Shown here piece by piece: positions 1 through 11,165 of a DNA stretch of 33,612 nucleotides. The DNA comes from Thraustochytrium aureum (lineage: Eukaryota), in the NCBI GenBank assembly GCA_012862495.1, contig BLSG01000337.1:58707-92318 (forward strand). The letters run 5' to 3'. A program made the translations under genes and the position numbers. The notes under the pieces were generated by a model. The model made no database searches. It worked only from the letters and a program-made list of their open reading frames with translations, and had not been told where the DNA came from. The first letter of the stretch is position 1, and each line of letters starts with the position of its first letter.

Positions 1-1075
1 CTGCGCCTAAAATCGCGCTGAGGCGCTCTCCAGCGGCGATCCGCAGCTGCGCCTCGACAATGTCCACGCCCATCACTTCCTCTGTGATAGTGTGCTCGAC
101 TTGCAGTCGTGGGTTGACCTCCAAAAAGTAAAAGTTCCCATTCGCGGCGTCCACGAGGAACTCGACGGTGCCTGCGCCGCGGTAGCCGACGTGCGTCATT
201 AGGCGGACAGCAGCCTCAGCAAGGCGCTCGCGCTGCGGCGCGAGGACCCCAATCGCGGGAGCCACCTCGATCACCTTTTGGTGCAAAGCCGACTGGATCG
301 TGCAGTTTCGGTCCGAAAGATGAACGACGCTCTCGCCGTCGCCGAGCACCTGCACTTCGATGTGCTGTGCACTTGCTAAAGCCGCCTCGACGAGCACGCG
401 TGGCTTGAGCCCTGCAAATTGCTGCGCCCGGCTCGCATTTTCGAAGGCCTCGTCGAGCTCTCCGTCGCTTGATGCGCGTGTGATTCCGCGCCCGCCGCCG
501 CCGTCCACGGCCTTTAGCATGATTGGGAACGCCAATTGGCTTGCGGCCAGGTACTCGCGCACGTCTCGCACGCTCGCCATCGGACTCTGCGACCCTTCCA
601 ACACAGGAATCCCGCACGCGAGCGCTGCTTGGCGCGCGGACGCCTTGTCGCCGAACAGCGCAAGGTGCTCTGGCGTGGGTCCGACAAAGCTCAGCCCTGC
701 TGCCTCCAGCGCCCGGCCCAGGTCGACGCTCTCGCTGGCGAAGCCATAGCCGGGGTGGAGCGTCGAGGCTCCAGAACGGGCGCACGCCCGCACCAGCGCG
801 CCTACGTCCGTGTACGAGCACTGCACGACCTCGTCGGCGAGCACAGCATGAAGCGCTTCCGCGTCGTCCTCCGCCTCGTACACCGCGACGGTCTTCCACC
901 CGAGCTGCCTCGCCGCACGAATCACGCGCACAGCAACCTCCCCACGATTCGCCACGAGCACCTTGCGCGCCCGCTGCTCGCCCGTGGCGAGCTGTCTGCT
1001 CAGCGCCGCGACGCGTCCGAGGGCCGCTCTTGACGCGGGCGTCACCGCCAGGTTCGCCCCGTGCCGCACCAGCAT
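1..1075 (-). CDS. Biotin carboxylase (ATP-grasp) domain protein, 5' part; pyruvate, acyl-CoA or urea carboxylase family; runs off the window edge
   Basis: Manual minus-strand translation from ATG 1075: KVLVANRGEVAVRVIRAARQLG, FPIMLKAVDGGGGRGI, HIEVQVLGDG, YRGAGTVEFLVD, FYFLEVNPRLQVEHTITE. It has no stop before base 1, so it is missing from the ORF track. The Arg/Ala-rich N-terminus resembles a mitochondrial presequence. Confidence 0.93.
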   Translation of the reverse strand, partial: MLVRHGANLAVTPASRAALGRVAALSRQLATGEQRARKVLVANRGEVAVRVIRAARQLGWKTVAVYEAEDDAEALHAVLADEVVQCSYTDVGALVRACARSGASTLHPGYGFASESVDLGRALEAAGLSFVGPTPEHLALFGDKASARQAALACGIPVLEGSQSPMASVRDVREYLAASQLAFPIMLKAVDGGGGRGITRASSDGELDEAFENASRAQQFAGLKPRVLVEAALASAQHIEVQVLGDGESVVHLSDRNCTIQSALHQKVIEVAPAIGVLAPQRERLAEAAVRLMTHVGYRGAGTVEFLVDAANGNFYFLEVNPRLQVEHTITEEVMGVDIVEAQLRIAAGERLSAILGA

Positions 1076-1120
1076 CCCAGCCACAGCCAGCCGCCCTGTG
1101 CCTGCCTGCCTGGCTGCGTA

Positions 1121-1122
1121 CG

Positions 1123-1154
<32 letters not shown>
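1121..1154. repeat. (CGTG)n tetranucleotide microsatellite
   Basis: About 8 perfect CGTG units, roughly 45 bp upstream of the carboxylase ATG. Confidence 0.9.
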
Positions 1155-1439
1155 GCCCGTCCTTCCTTCCTCCCCGTCCCGGCCCACAGACTGCCAGCTC
1201 GCCTCGCACTCCGGAGCTCTGCAGCCCATCGCCGCGCCGTCCCGCGGCAGATCAGATCCCCAGCGCCATCGCTAGAGCCGAGCGCCAACCCCAGCGCCGT
1301 CGTGACGGGCCCCGAGCGCCCTCGTGGCAGACCCCAGCTCCACCGCGCCCCATCGCGGCCAGCGCCAGCGCGGCATCGCGGCCAGCGCTGGCGGTTCGCG
1401 GCGGATCCCCAGCGCCATCCCCAGCCCCAACTGCCATCC

Positions 1440-1512
1440 CGCAGCAGAGCCCGAGCGCCATCGCAGCAGAGCCCGAGCGCCATCGCGGCAGAGCCCGAGC
1501 GCCATCGCGGCA
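1440..1512. repeat. 22-bp minisatellite (CGCRGCAGAGCCCGAGCGCCAT)n running into an assembly gap
   Basis: Three full units at 1440, 1462 and 1484 plus a partial unit. Degenerate CAGCGCCATC-like copies extend back to about 1255. Confidence 0.9.
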
Positions 1513-1936
1513 NNNNNNNNNNNNNNNNNNNNNNNNNNNNNNNNNNNNNNNNNNNNNNNNNNNNNNNNNNNNNNNNNNNNNNNNNNNNNNNNNNNNNNNN
1601 NNNNNNNNNNNNNNNNNNNNNNNNNNNNNNNNNNNNNNNNNNNNNNNNNNNNNNNNNNNNNNNNNNNNNNNNNNNNNNNNNNNNNNNNNNNNNNNNNNNN
1701 NNNNNNNNNNNNNNNNNNNNNNNNNNNNNNNNNNNNNNNNNNNNNNNNNNNNNNNNNNNNNNNNNNNNNNNNNNNNNNNNNNNNNNNNNNNNNNNNNNNN
1801 NNNNNNNNNNNNNNNNNNNNNNNNNNNNNNNNNNNNNNNNNNNNNNNNNNNNNNNNNNNNNNNNNNNNNNNNNNNNNNNNNNNNNNNNNNNNNNNNNNNN
1901 NNNNNNNNNNNNNNNNNNNNNNNNNNNNNNNNNNNN

Positions 1937-4189
1937 GACGCAGGCCTTTGGCGGCCGCTACGAACAGTATGGGCAGGGCGCTGCAGCAGGGGGCGGCGGC
2001 TGGGAGCCCGCCCGGGTCGACCCCGAAGCGTCGCTGGTGGAAGGCAGTCTGATGAGCGTCGCGGGCATCGTGGAACTCACGACCGACTTGCAGAAGAAGA
2101 TCAGCGAGAAGGAGATGGCCAAGCCCTTGCTGATGGAAAACGTTTTCTTGCCCTCGCCCCAGGTGTCTGCGAGGTTCAAGGAGCTCTGCGCCGCGCAAAT
2201 CGACCTCTTGGAAGGATTCCAAAAGGTGCTGGCTGTGCAGCGCGACAAGCAGCTGATAGTTGCCAGCAGGCTCGGAGGCTATTCGCTCGCCGCGAGTAAA
2301 ACCAGCGCCCCACCTGCGTCTGCAGTGGCAGCCAGGATCGAAGAGATCGGCGCCAAGCTCAGCGAGGCCAAGGAGGCGGCCTTCCGGGCAGATCAAATTC
2401 TGAAAGAAGCCAAGCAAAAGCAAGTGTTGCACTTTGCGGAGGTGAAAAGCCACGTGACCGCGCATGAAGAGAGCAAGGCGGCAGCCAAGCGCGAGCATGA
2501 CTCTCTCGCGGCTCTCAAGCGCCGCGTGGAAAACTTTGGCATCGAGCTCATAAAGCACCCGCCGAAATACATTGGCCCAAAGTACGAGGACAGGCTCAAC
2601 CTGCTCGTGCGAGAGGCACGAGCAATGCAGGACGAACATCTCGCGGGAACGATCGAGCAGGCTGGGTCTTCGATCAAGGATCGAGCCATTGTTCTCCGTG
2701 ATTCGTTTGTGAAAACTACCGATGCGTGGAAGGCAAAGGCAGCCTCGGCGCCCGCCAAGGTTTACGGCGCGTTCGGCGCCGAGATTGTTGTAAAAGACCG
2801 CGACAGTCTTGGTTCAGCCCAACCGAGCCCCGATCTGCAGTCGCAAGCAGCACATCTTGTCGCGGTGAAACAAGAGCCCCCTTCTCAAGACGCCGCGCTC
2901 GAGGTCGAGCTCGCCGAGTGGGACCCTGAACGCCTACGAGGCGCAGATGCGCTCGACCGCCTCGTCGGCTTGAGCGTCAAGCTCTCAAACAGCGCCGGCG
3001 ATGGCGAGACCTTTTACGTTGGCATCCTCGAGCGGCGGCACCCAGGGCACTTGGTCCTCACCCCAGAAAGCCGTTCCGAGGACGAGCGGGAGCGCGTTCG
3101 CGTTTTTCTCAGCTCCACCGGAGAGGTATTCTGGCCTCCTGTCCGCGACCTCTCTGCGATCGAGAGGCGGTGCCGGCAAGAGGCCAAGTACACGAACTGG
3201 TTGACAGTCGAGGACGACAGCACCAGCGTTTCGGTCCCCTCCGATTCGGAAAGCACAGACCACAGCATGGGCGGGAACGACTGCAACGACAGCGACGCCG
3301 GGATCGACAGCGACGACATCTCCGTGAGCGAAGCGCTCAAGCTGGCCCGAGCGCACTCCAGTCCCAAGGCAAAGAAGGAGTCGACCCCCAAGCGTCCGAG
3401 GCTGCAGCTCCTCCGAGTCAAGTTAAGAGCGAAAGCACCGTGGAGCAAACGGCGATGGCTGACGCAAAGGGCAACGGCCGTTTGGACGTGTCGTCCACCG
3501 GCGACGGGAGCGCGCAGAGACCCGCAGAAATTCAAGACGACGATTCGCCTGAACACGACGAAGGAAAACCTCAAAGCGACGTGCCAGCACAAGACGACGG
3601 AAAACCGCAAGAAAAGCTTGGCCCCCAGCCAGATTTGGACTCTTGGAGTCGCGAGCGGATCAAGTTTCTCGTCGCACGCCGAAATGCAGAGTTCAAAGCA
3701 GTCCTCAACGAGCGCAGTGCGCTGAAGAGGGACGCGAAGAAGGAGATTTCGGGGGCGCTGCGTGCGTGCGAGCTTGGAAGCAGGTTTCGCTCGAAGGTGG
3801 CGCAAATGAGCGCCGCGCTTGAGCGACTTGTGAGCGACGCCTTTGAGCTCCACAGAGTTTGCACCAAGAACAAGCCTCTGCGCGGTGTCGGGGAGGAGGC
3901 CACTGCGACAGAGTTCAAGGCCGCAGTAGCCAAACTCGTGTGCGAGATCCGCGCTGGCGGCCCGATCGAGATCAAAGGCCCAGGCGTTGGGGCGCTGGGG
4001 CGCTTTTCTTTCGAGAGCACGAAGGCCCTCGCAGATAGTATCGAAAGGGACTTGGACAAGACAATGCGGCTGGCGGCCCGAAGCGCTGCAAGAAGCGCCC
4101 CGAAACGCCCCGCCGCAGGGGACCCCGGGGCAGCACTCAAGCGCCCAAGGAAAGAGTCCTCGGAGCCGTCGTCCGGCAAGCCCTCGTGA
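1937..4189 (+). CDS. Uncharacterised, probably nuclear protein: coiled coil, Tudor/SH3-like segment, acidic linker, C-terminal helical region and bipartite NLS; 5' end in gap; one frameshift near 3385
   Basis: ORF 963..3725 reads as protein up to ...KAKKESTP. It then continues in ORF 3170..4189 (QASEAAAPP...KRPAAGDPGAALKRPRKE). One extra C in the run at 3385-3389 joins them. First ATG is 2052; possible splice acceptor CAG at 1941-1943. Confidence 0.7.
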
Positions 4190-4531
4190 GCGAGGGCCAG
4201 CTGGGTTTGCTCAGGCGGCAGCAGCATAGTCTTCTCTCCCTCCCTCTCGAAGGGAGAGAGAGGAGGGCCGGGCGGCCGGGTGGGCGATACAGAGCAAGAA
4301 CAAACGATTCTCGTGCAACTCATTGACACCACCTACGCGAGGAAAGTAAATTGCTTGCTCCACTGCAAGTGCCGCGAGACGTGCTGTGCGGCACCGCAAC
4401 CTCCAGCCTGGAGAGCAGAAGCAACACCAAGAAATGGCCCGCGGGCCACAAAACTGCCGCCAGGCCCGCACAGCCGCCACCAATCCGCCCTCCGACGGAC
4501 CCGTCCATTCACGCGCCAATCGGGCGCCTCA

Positions 4532-6740
4532 CTACTTGGTCTTCTTGCCCTCGGCGGGCGCCTCCTCGGCCCCAGCGTCTGTGACGTCGTCGTCCTCGTC
4601 AGCCACAAGGTCGCTCCCCTTGGCGGCGCCTGCCCCCTTGCGCTGCGTCAGTTTGGGCTGGTCCTTTGCTGCTTTCTCGTCGTCCGAGTCGGCAAAGTCA
4701 GAGTCCTCCTCCTGCTCAACCTTGCCGAACGCCTCCTCAAACAGGGTCGGCTCGTTGTCAAGGTCAATATCTTCCTGGTGAAGCTCGAGCGGCTTGACCG
4801 TCCCCTCGGGATAGAGGCGGACCTTGTCGGTGACTTTCTGGTCCATGCCCACGTATGAGGTCGACATGAGGTAAAAGTCAAACTCGTGAAAGCCGGGCTT
4901 GATGAAGCCCTTGCTCGGGAACTGGATCTTTTCGCGCATGACGTGCTTCTTGCCAGACAGCTTGACCTGCGACAGGACAGCGCTCTCCCCGGCTTTGCAG
5001 AAGAGGACCACCCACTCCTCCTCCTTGAGGAATGGCAAAAACGGCGCGTGGACCGGCCCGATGTTGTGGTGGCGGTGGAGCTCGACGAAAGCGGTCATGA
5101 TGTCGCCTTCGCAGGCCTTCTCCTCAAAGTCGAGCGTCCCGTCGCGGTGCTGGTGCGCGATAACGCCGATCGTGACCTTGAGCTCGACTTGAGGAAACAG
5201 CTTGGCAGCCACCTCGACGTCCTGGACCTGCTCTGCGGTCAGCTCTTTGCTCAACTTGTCCAAGCCTTCTTTGTGCCCTTCGCCCAGAAAGGTGGCCATG
5301 TCCTTGAGTGCGCCCTTGCCCGCGCCGGCCTTTGCCGCGACCTCGGCGCTCACAAACGGGAGCTGCTCGAGCGCGGAGGCCCCGAGCCAGAGCCCTTGGG
5401 TCATGTACTGTTCAAACTCGATGATGTTTTGGATCGAGCGCATGTGCCGCGAGTGAACGACAGCGTCACTCATGGCCTCGACGAGCATTTTCGACTTTTT
5501 CAGGATAAAGTCGAGGTCCTCCTGGAGCCCAGGCGTGAGCTCTGCAGTGCGCCGGTTCAAGTAGGCGTGGATGAGCACGTTAGCCCGGTCGCAGGCGGGC
5601 CAGCGCTTCATCATGCGGCCCTCGTCGACCTTGCGGTGGTGGTCGGCGCACATGACGCCGTCCTTCTTCATCGACTCGCGCAGGCTCTCGATGAGCTTGT
5701 TTTCGGCCTCGGAGCGCGGCGGCAGATCGCGAAATTCGGCAGACAGCGCCAGGACCTCGGGCAGGTACTTTAGCGGGAGCCCCTTCTCGAGGAGGTAGAT
5801 GAAGATGTTGTACGTGTCGTTCAAGATGAGCTTGTCCCCGTATCGCTTCGAGTTCATGTACCAGCTGCCCACGCTGATCGGCGTGACGACAACGAGGATG
5901 AGAAGGTAGACCACCAGCACGAGGTTGTGGTTGCGCTTCTCCATGAGAAACTTGGGCAGACCGATCGAAACCTCCATGTTGCGCGAACCGTCGGGGCTGC
6001 CGGTCTCCTGGAACAGCTTGAACGCGTCCTCGTTCGTGAGGATCTCGTGCGCCTTTTGGATGCGCTCGAACACCATCGCGGCCTTTGCGCGCTCGCCAGG
6101 GTCCTTGTTCACGTTGCGGTCGGGGTGAAACTGCAAGCTCAGCTTGCGGTACTTGCTGCGGATCTTCTTCTGGGGGGTCCCCTCGGGGATGTCGAGGATC
6201 TCCCAGGGGTCGAACTGCAGCACGTCGCTGCCCTCGCCGGTCTGCGAGAACAGCATGGCCATAAACATCCACATCAGGACGAGCACGCCGGCCCTGACGA
6301 GCCAGCCCTGCGTGAACAGGGTCTTCGGGCCGGCATCCCTTGCCACCTTTTGCAGTTTCTCTCGCTCGAGCGCCGTGCGCGGCTTGAGGTCGCCCAGGGC
6401 CGAGGCCGACCTGCCCGTCAGCACGTTGACCGCGCTCCAGACAAAGCTGAGCGTGTAGGGCACCAAGAAAAACAGGCCGAGCCCGAGCCNNNNNNNNNNN
6501 NNNNNNNNNNNNNNNNNNNNNNNNNNNNNNNNNNNNNNNNNNNNNNNNNNNNNNNNNNNNNNNNNNNNNNNNNNNNNNNNNNNNNNNNNNNNNNNNNNNN
6601 NNNNNNNNNNNNNNNNNNNNNNNNNNNNNNNNNNNNNNNNNNNNNNNNNNNNNNNNNNNNNNNNNNNNNNNNNNNNNNNNNNNNNNNNNNNNNNNCCCAA
6701 AATAGGCAAACCCAGCATCATCATACTCGAGCCGCCCCAT
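4532..6740 (-). CDS. SEC63: Translocation protein SEC63 (TM segments, J-domain, Sec63/Brl domain, acidic tail)
   Basis: Start MGRLEYDDAGFAYFG at 6740, then a gap (6490-6695) that may hide an intron. FDPWEILDI, YRKLSLQFHPDRN (HPD motif), TGSPDG..IGLPKFL, PVHAPFLPFLKEEEW, SYVGMDQ, acidic C-terminus. Confidence 0.95.
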
Positions 6741-7732
6741 CTTGCTCCAGCGTCCAGCTCGTTCGTCCGCGTGCCTCCCTTCCAACCTTCCCTGCCTTCC
6801 TTTTTTTCGTCCTGGCCGTCCGAGTCCCAAACTCGTCGAGCCCCGTGGGTTGAGCTGCGATCGCTCCAGCGACAACAGCCGTTTGCAAGCACAGGCCGCC
6901 AAGCAGATGCCTTCGCCGCCGGGCCGCCGCTGCGCTCTCCGCTCTCCGCCCCGTTGCGCGTCTGCCGCAGCCGCGCTCGCTGCTGCTCCTGACAGCCTGG
7001 ACGGACGCCCCAGGCGTAAACCGCCTGTATCTCTTCCGGACTCCGCCTTAAAAACGACTGCTGGTTGTCAGGGATGCATCGAGGACGAATTACGGTGCTT
7101 CGGGCGCGACGGCAGGAGGAGGTTCGTAGGGTTTGAGGAGGTTGAGCAGACGGGACTCTGGCAGGGGAGGAACACGGCGTGCTCTTGAGGGTTTATCGAG
7201 GTAGTAATTGGAGAGGTCTGTACTGATAAACGACCGGGGTTTTGAACGGATTTGTGTTGGCGGAGGTTGAATTGGAGGCGGTCGGTTGGACGGTGTCGGG
7301 CGTGCACTGGTTTGCTCGAGACGTGGCGCGGACGTGCACCAGGTAGGCTATCTTTTGGTTTGTAGGTTTTTTTGGGGGAGTTTTGGTTGGGTTTTGCCAC
7401 CGCTCCTTCGCTCCTGCAAAGGTCTTCCTTTCTTTGCCTGCTGCCGTAGGGTACTCGCACGAGAGCGATGGGGTTGGATCCAGAAATCCGTTTGACGCTG
7501 TTTGTTGCGCTGTGGCATTGCAATTGCAATCGCAAGCGTCGACGATTCGATCGGGCCTGCGATGCAGGCGAGGCGCAGTTTCGTATTTCGTGGCGAGCGT
7601 CCGCGTCTTCAAAAGGTCGATTGAACAGCAGCAAGGCTTCGGCAGTCGTGTCGACAGGGTTTGAAGCTCGCGCTGCTGTGTTTCGGCCAAGATCGCCTTG
7701 CACGTAGTGGGGTTCGGCAAGCAGGCAGCAGC

Positions 7733-10711
7733 ATGGCGGGTCCTTTCGTCAAGTACGCGGGCGCGTTGGAGCGAAGGCCGCTCCGAATGTACTGCACCAA
7801 CTGCCTCGTCTATGTCTTCATCGTCATGGTCGTCTTTGCGATGATGCGAGCGCTTGGCGAGGACTTTTTCAATTACCAGATGGACACGCCGCTGTACCTG
7901 GTCGACAACAGGTTTTTCGAGATCGACGACGCGATCAAGCTCGTTCGCAGCGATACAGGAGACGCAGCCTCCCTGGCGCCGGACCTCGAGCTCACGCGAA
8001 TGGGCAGGTCGTACGCCAAGGGCGACCTGACTGGAACCTTGATCTTTGAGACTGACTCTGAGGACGGGATCTACTCGAAGGCGTCGCTGGAGGCCGTCCT
8101 CAAAGTCACTAGGGAGCTCTTCTCCGGGAAAGCGTACCAGTCGGCCTGCATGCTCGAATGGGACCCGGACTCGCTCGCAAAAGTCAATGCTGAGGAATGG
8201 GAGGCAGTCGAGGCAATGAACAGCGACACGGACAACTTTCCCCTTTGCGTTCCGGCAGCCTCCCAACTGACGGCCTCGGGGCGATTTGGCTTGCTCAAGT
8301 GCCCTGACAACCAGGCAGAGTGCTCTGACGACGAAGCCATCCTTGACTATGATTTCGCCCTGAGCCGCCTTGAAGAGGCCTGGAACGCAAACCCGTTCTC
8401 AAGCCAGGATGCCATCGCGTTCTACGCATCTGCGGCAAGTAAGTTTGGACAGCGAAACGGCAAGCCCTTCTCCCTCGATCTCCTAAAGGGCGTTGCCGCG
8501 CTGCGCGTGCAGTTCTACTTTGGCTCGCCCATTGCAGGCTACGCCAACGCGGAGGTGAAGGCCGACGAGCAAGCCGACAAAATCGGGGTGGTCCTCATTG
8601 ATGAAATCTACCCTTCGCTGGAAGCCCTCCGCGCAAGTGCGGCTGAAAACGACAAGATCAAGGTTTGGTACTCGCTCCCCGGGCTGATGGGCCTGTACAT
8701 GGGCAAGCAGATTCCCAAAGACGTCTCGTTCGTGATTTTTAGCTTTCTCTTCGTGTACACGTTCATGGCTGTGATTAAGCGTTCGCTCTGGGTTGCCACA
8801 ATGGGTATGGGCATGATCCTGCTCTCGTTTGCGCCGGCCTACCTGGTCTACTGGCTCATCCTGCGACAGACCTACTTTGGGGTCTTCAACCTCCTCACCA
8901 TCTTCATCATCCTGGGCATCGGCGCGGACGACATTTTCGTTTTCAGCGACACCTGGGACCACTCTGCGCACGCAGAGCCAGAGGTATCCAAGAGCGTGCG
9001 TACGCGCATGGCCTGGACCCTCAAGCGCGCGGGTGGCGCCATGATGGTCACCAGCTTGACGACGATGGCGAGCTTCTTTGCCACGTCGCTCAGCGACTTT
9101 CCTGGGATCATGACCTTTGGGATGTGGGCCGCCGCGTTAGTTTTCGCCAACTACGTTATGGTCATCACGTTTTTCCCCTCCGTGATGGCCGTTTACAACG
9201 CCTACATTCGCCGCGGGGGGCTCTGGTGCTTGGCCTGCTGCCGCGGCGCGGCCGCCAATGCCGAAGCCAGCATTGCCCCCGAGCCCCTGCCCGCGGGCGC
9301 CGGGGCGCAAAAGCCTTCGGTTGGATCCGACGGCACCCATCATGCGCGGAAAAGCGCGATCGTTCGCTACTTTGAGGACGTTCACGCGCCGATGGTGGAC
9401 CGCTTCAAAGTGCCGATCATCGTTGTTTTCCTGGTCATCATCGCACTCTTTGCCTCGCAGGCAGTTCAAATCGAAGTCGACTCAGAGACGCCAGCGCTCT
9501 TCAAGGAAGGCTCCAACCTAGCCGAGTTCACTTCGACGCTGCAGCAGAATTTTGCTACCGGAATGTCGGACTCAATCTTTGCGATAAAGGTTGACTTTGT
9601 CTTTGGCTTTGCCGACGTCCCGATCGACAGGGAAGGATTTGATCCAACGATCCCCGACCAGATTGGGAACCCAGCTTTTGCTTCAACTTATACTTCTCCG
9701 AGGGACGTCGCGGCCTGTGCCTTGGCGATCTGCGAGCGCCTCAACGAGGCAAACGAAACCCTGAAGCTCCTTGGGGACGGCAAAAACGTGATCTCCTGCT
9801 GGGCCAAGGACCTCCGCGACTCGCAGTACGCTGACACCGCGGACCAGAACGGGACAGAGCTCTGGGAGCAAGCGCTGGCGCCCGGCGGCGAGGGGGAATG
9901 GAGCGCCCGCCTTGTTGACTTTATGAAGTCAAAGGTTGGGGCATCACACCGGCTCAATCTGATTGGCAATAGCATGTCCATAGTGACCGTCTCCACCTCT
10001 GCCGTGTTCGGCAAGTTGAACAACACAGACGCAATCCCGTTCCTAGAGACTTGGGAAGCGGCCGGTGCGGCGTGGTATTCGGAAGAGCTGCCGTCCTGCG
10101 TCGCGATCGCTGACAAGATCCCGCTCAACGTGGGTGTCCCGCGGTTCGGGCACCAGTACTATGTGGCGGAGCAACTCAAGAAGGAGGCCATAAATGGCAT
10201 CCTTATTTCCATCGCTCTCGCCTACGTGGTGCTGACTCTCTTCTCTGGGAACTTTATCGTGTCGATCATCGCCACGCTGTGCATAAGCTGCATCGTCTTG
10301 GGTGTCCTGGCCTTTATCGTTGCCACGGGCGGCAAGCTCGGCATGCTCGAGAGCATCAACCTGACCATGACGCCGGGCCTGAGCGTGGACTTTATCGCTC
10401 ACTTGGCAGAGGGCTACATTGCCGAGTCCCACGGGGCCAAGAAGACTGCCGACCGCAAGGGGCGCATGTCGGGCGCAATACATCACGTTGGCGTGTCGGT
10501 GATCTCCGGAGCCGTTTCCACGGCGGGGGCCTGCTTTTTCCTCTTCTTCCCTGAGATCCAGTTTTTCGTCATGTTTGGCACCTTCATCTTCGTCACAATT
10601 TCGCTCAGCCTCCTCTTCAGCCTCTTCTTCTTCTCGGCCGTCATGTTCCTCGTCGGCCCGGAAGGCGAGTTCGGCAACATCTGCAAGTCACGGTCACATA
10701 AGCAAAACTAA
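7733..10711 (+). CDS. Patched/Dispatched-family RND transporter with sterol-sensing domain
   Basis: Two hydrophobic TM clusters separated by large loops. Motifs ILGIGADDIFVF (GxxxDD) and GLSVDFIAHLAEGY, plus HVGVSVISGAVST. First ATG is at 7733. Confidence 0.9.
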   Translation: MAGPFVKYAGALERRPLRMYCTNCLVYVFIVMVVFAMMRALGEDFFNYQMDTPLYLVDNRFFEIDDAIKLVRSDTGDAASLAPDLELTRMGRSYAKGDLTGTLIFETDSEDGIYSKASLEAVLKVTRELFSGKAYQSACMLEWDPDSLAKVNAEEWEAVEAMNSDTDNFPLCVPAASQLTASGRFGLLKCPDNQAECSDDEAILDYDFALSRLEEAWNANPFSSQDAIAFYASAASKFGQRNGKPFSLDLLKGVAALRVQFYFGSPIAGYANAEVKADEQADKIGVVLIDEIYPSLEALRASAAENDKIKVWYSLPGLMGLYMGKQIPKDVSFVIFSFLFVYTFMAVIKRSLWVATMGMGMILLSFAPAYLVYWLILRQTYFGVFNLLTIFIILGIGADDIFVFSDTWDHSAHAEPEVSKSVRTRMAWTLKRAGGAMMVTSLTTMASFFATSLSDFPGIMTFGMWAAALVFANYVMVITFFPSVMAVYNAYIRRGGLWCLACCRGAAANAEASIAPEPLPAGAGAQKPSVGSDGTHHARKSAIVRYFEDVHAPMVDRFKVPIIVVFLVIIALFASQAVQIEVDSETPALFKEGSNLAEFTSTLQQNFATGMSDSIFAIKVDFVFGFADVPIDREGFDPTIPDQIGNPAFASTYTSPRDVAACALAICERLNEANETLKLLGDGKNVISCWAKDLRDSQYADTADQNGTELWEQALAPGGEGEWSARLVDFMKSKVGASHRLNLIGNSMSIVTVSTSAVFGKLNNTDAIPFLETWEAAGAAWYSEELPSCVAIADKIPLNVGVPRFGHQYYVAEQLKKEAINGILISIALAYVVLTLFSGNFIVSIIATLCISCIVLGVLAFIVATGGKLGMLESINLTMTPGLSVDFIAHLAEGYIAESHGAKKTADRKGRMSGAIHHVGVSVISGAVSTAGACFFLFFPEIQFFVMFGTFIFVTISLSLLFSLFFFSAVMFLVGPEGEFGNICKSRSHKQN

Positions 10712-11165
10712 TTGATCCATGGCGTTCTCAGCTAGTCCTCATTCATGCCCACGGGACATCCCTGCGCGCGACAGAACCTGCGCGCGNNNNNNNNNNNNNN
10801 NNNNNNNNNNNNNNNNNNNNNNNNNNNNNNNNNNNNNNNNNNNNNNNNNNNNNNNNNNNNNNNNNNNNNNNNNNNNNNNNNNNNNNNNNNNNNNNNNNNN
10901 NNNNNNNNNNNNNNNNNNNNNNNNNNNNNNNNNNNNNNNNNNNNNNNNNNNNNNNNNNNNNNNNNNNNNNNNNNNNNNNNNNNNNNNNNNNNNNNNNNNN
11001 NNNNNNNNNNNNNNNNNNNNNNNNNNNNNNNNNNNNNNNNNNNNNNNNNNNNNNNNNNNNNNNNNNNNNNNNNNNNNNNNNNNNNNNNNNNNNNNNNNNN
11101 NNNNNNNNNNNNNNNNNNNNNNNNNNNGCGAGAGGTTGGCTTGCAGAGGTTGCGTGGTTTGCAAG

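Noticed and set aside
7235..7330. GVLNGFVLAEVELEAVGWTVSGVHWFARDV resembling a CYTH-domain C-terminus
   Set aside because: About 30 aa bounded by stops with no room for the rest of the domain; G/T-rich sequence makes chance similarity likely.
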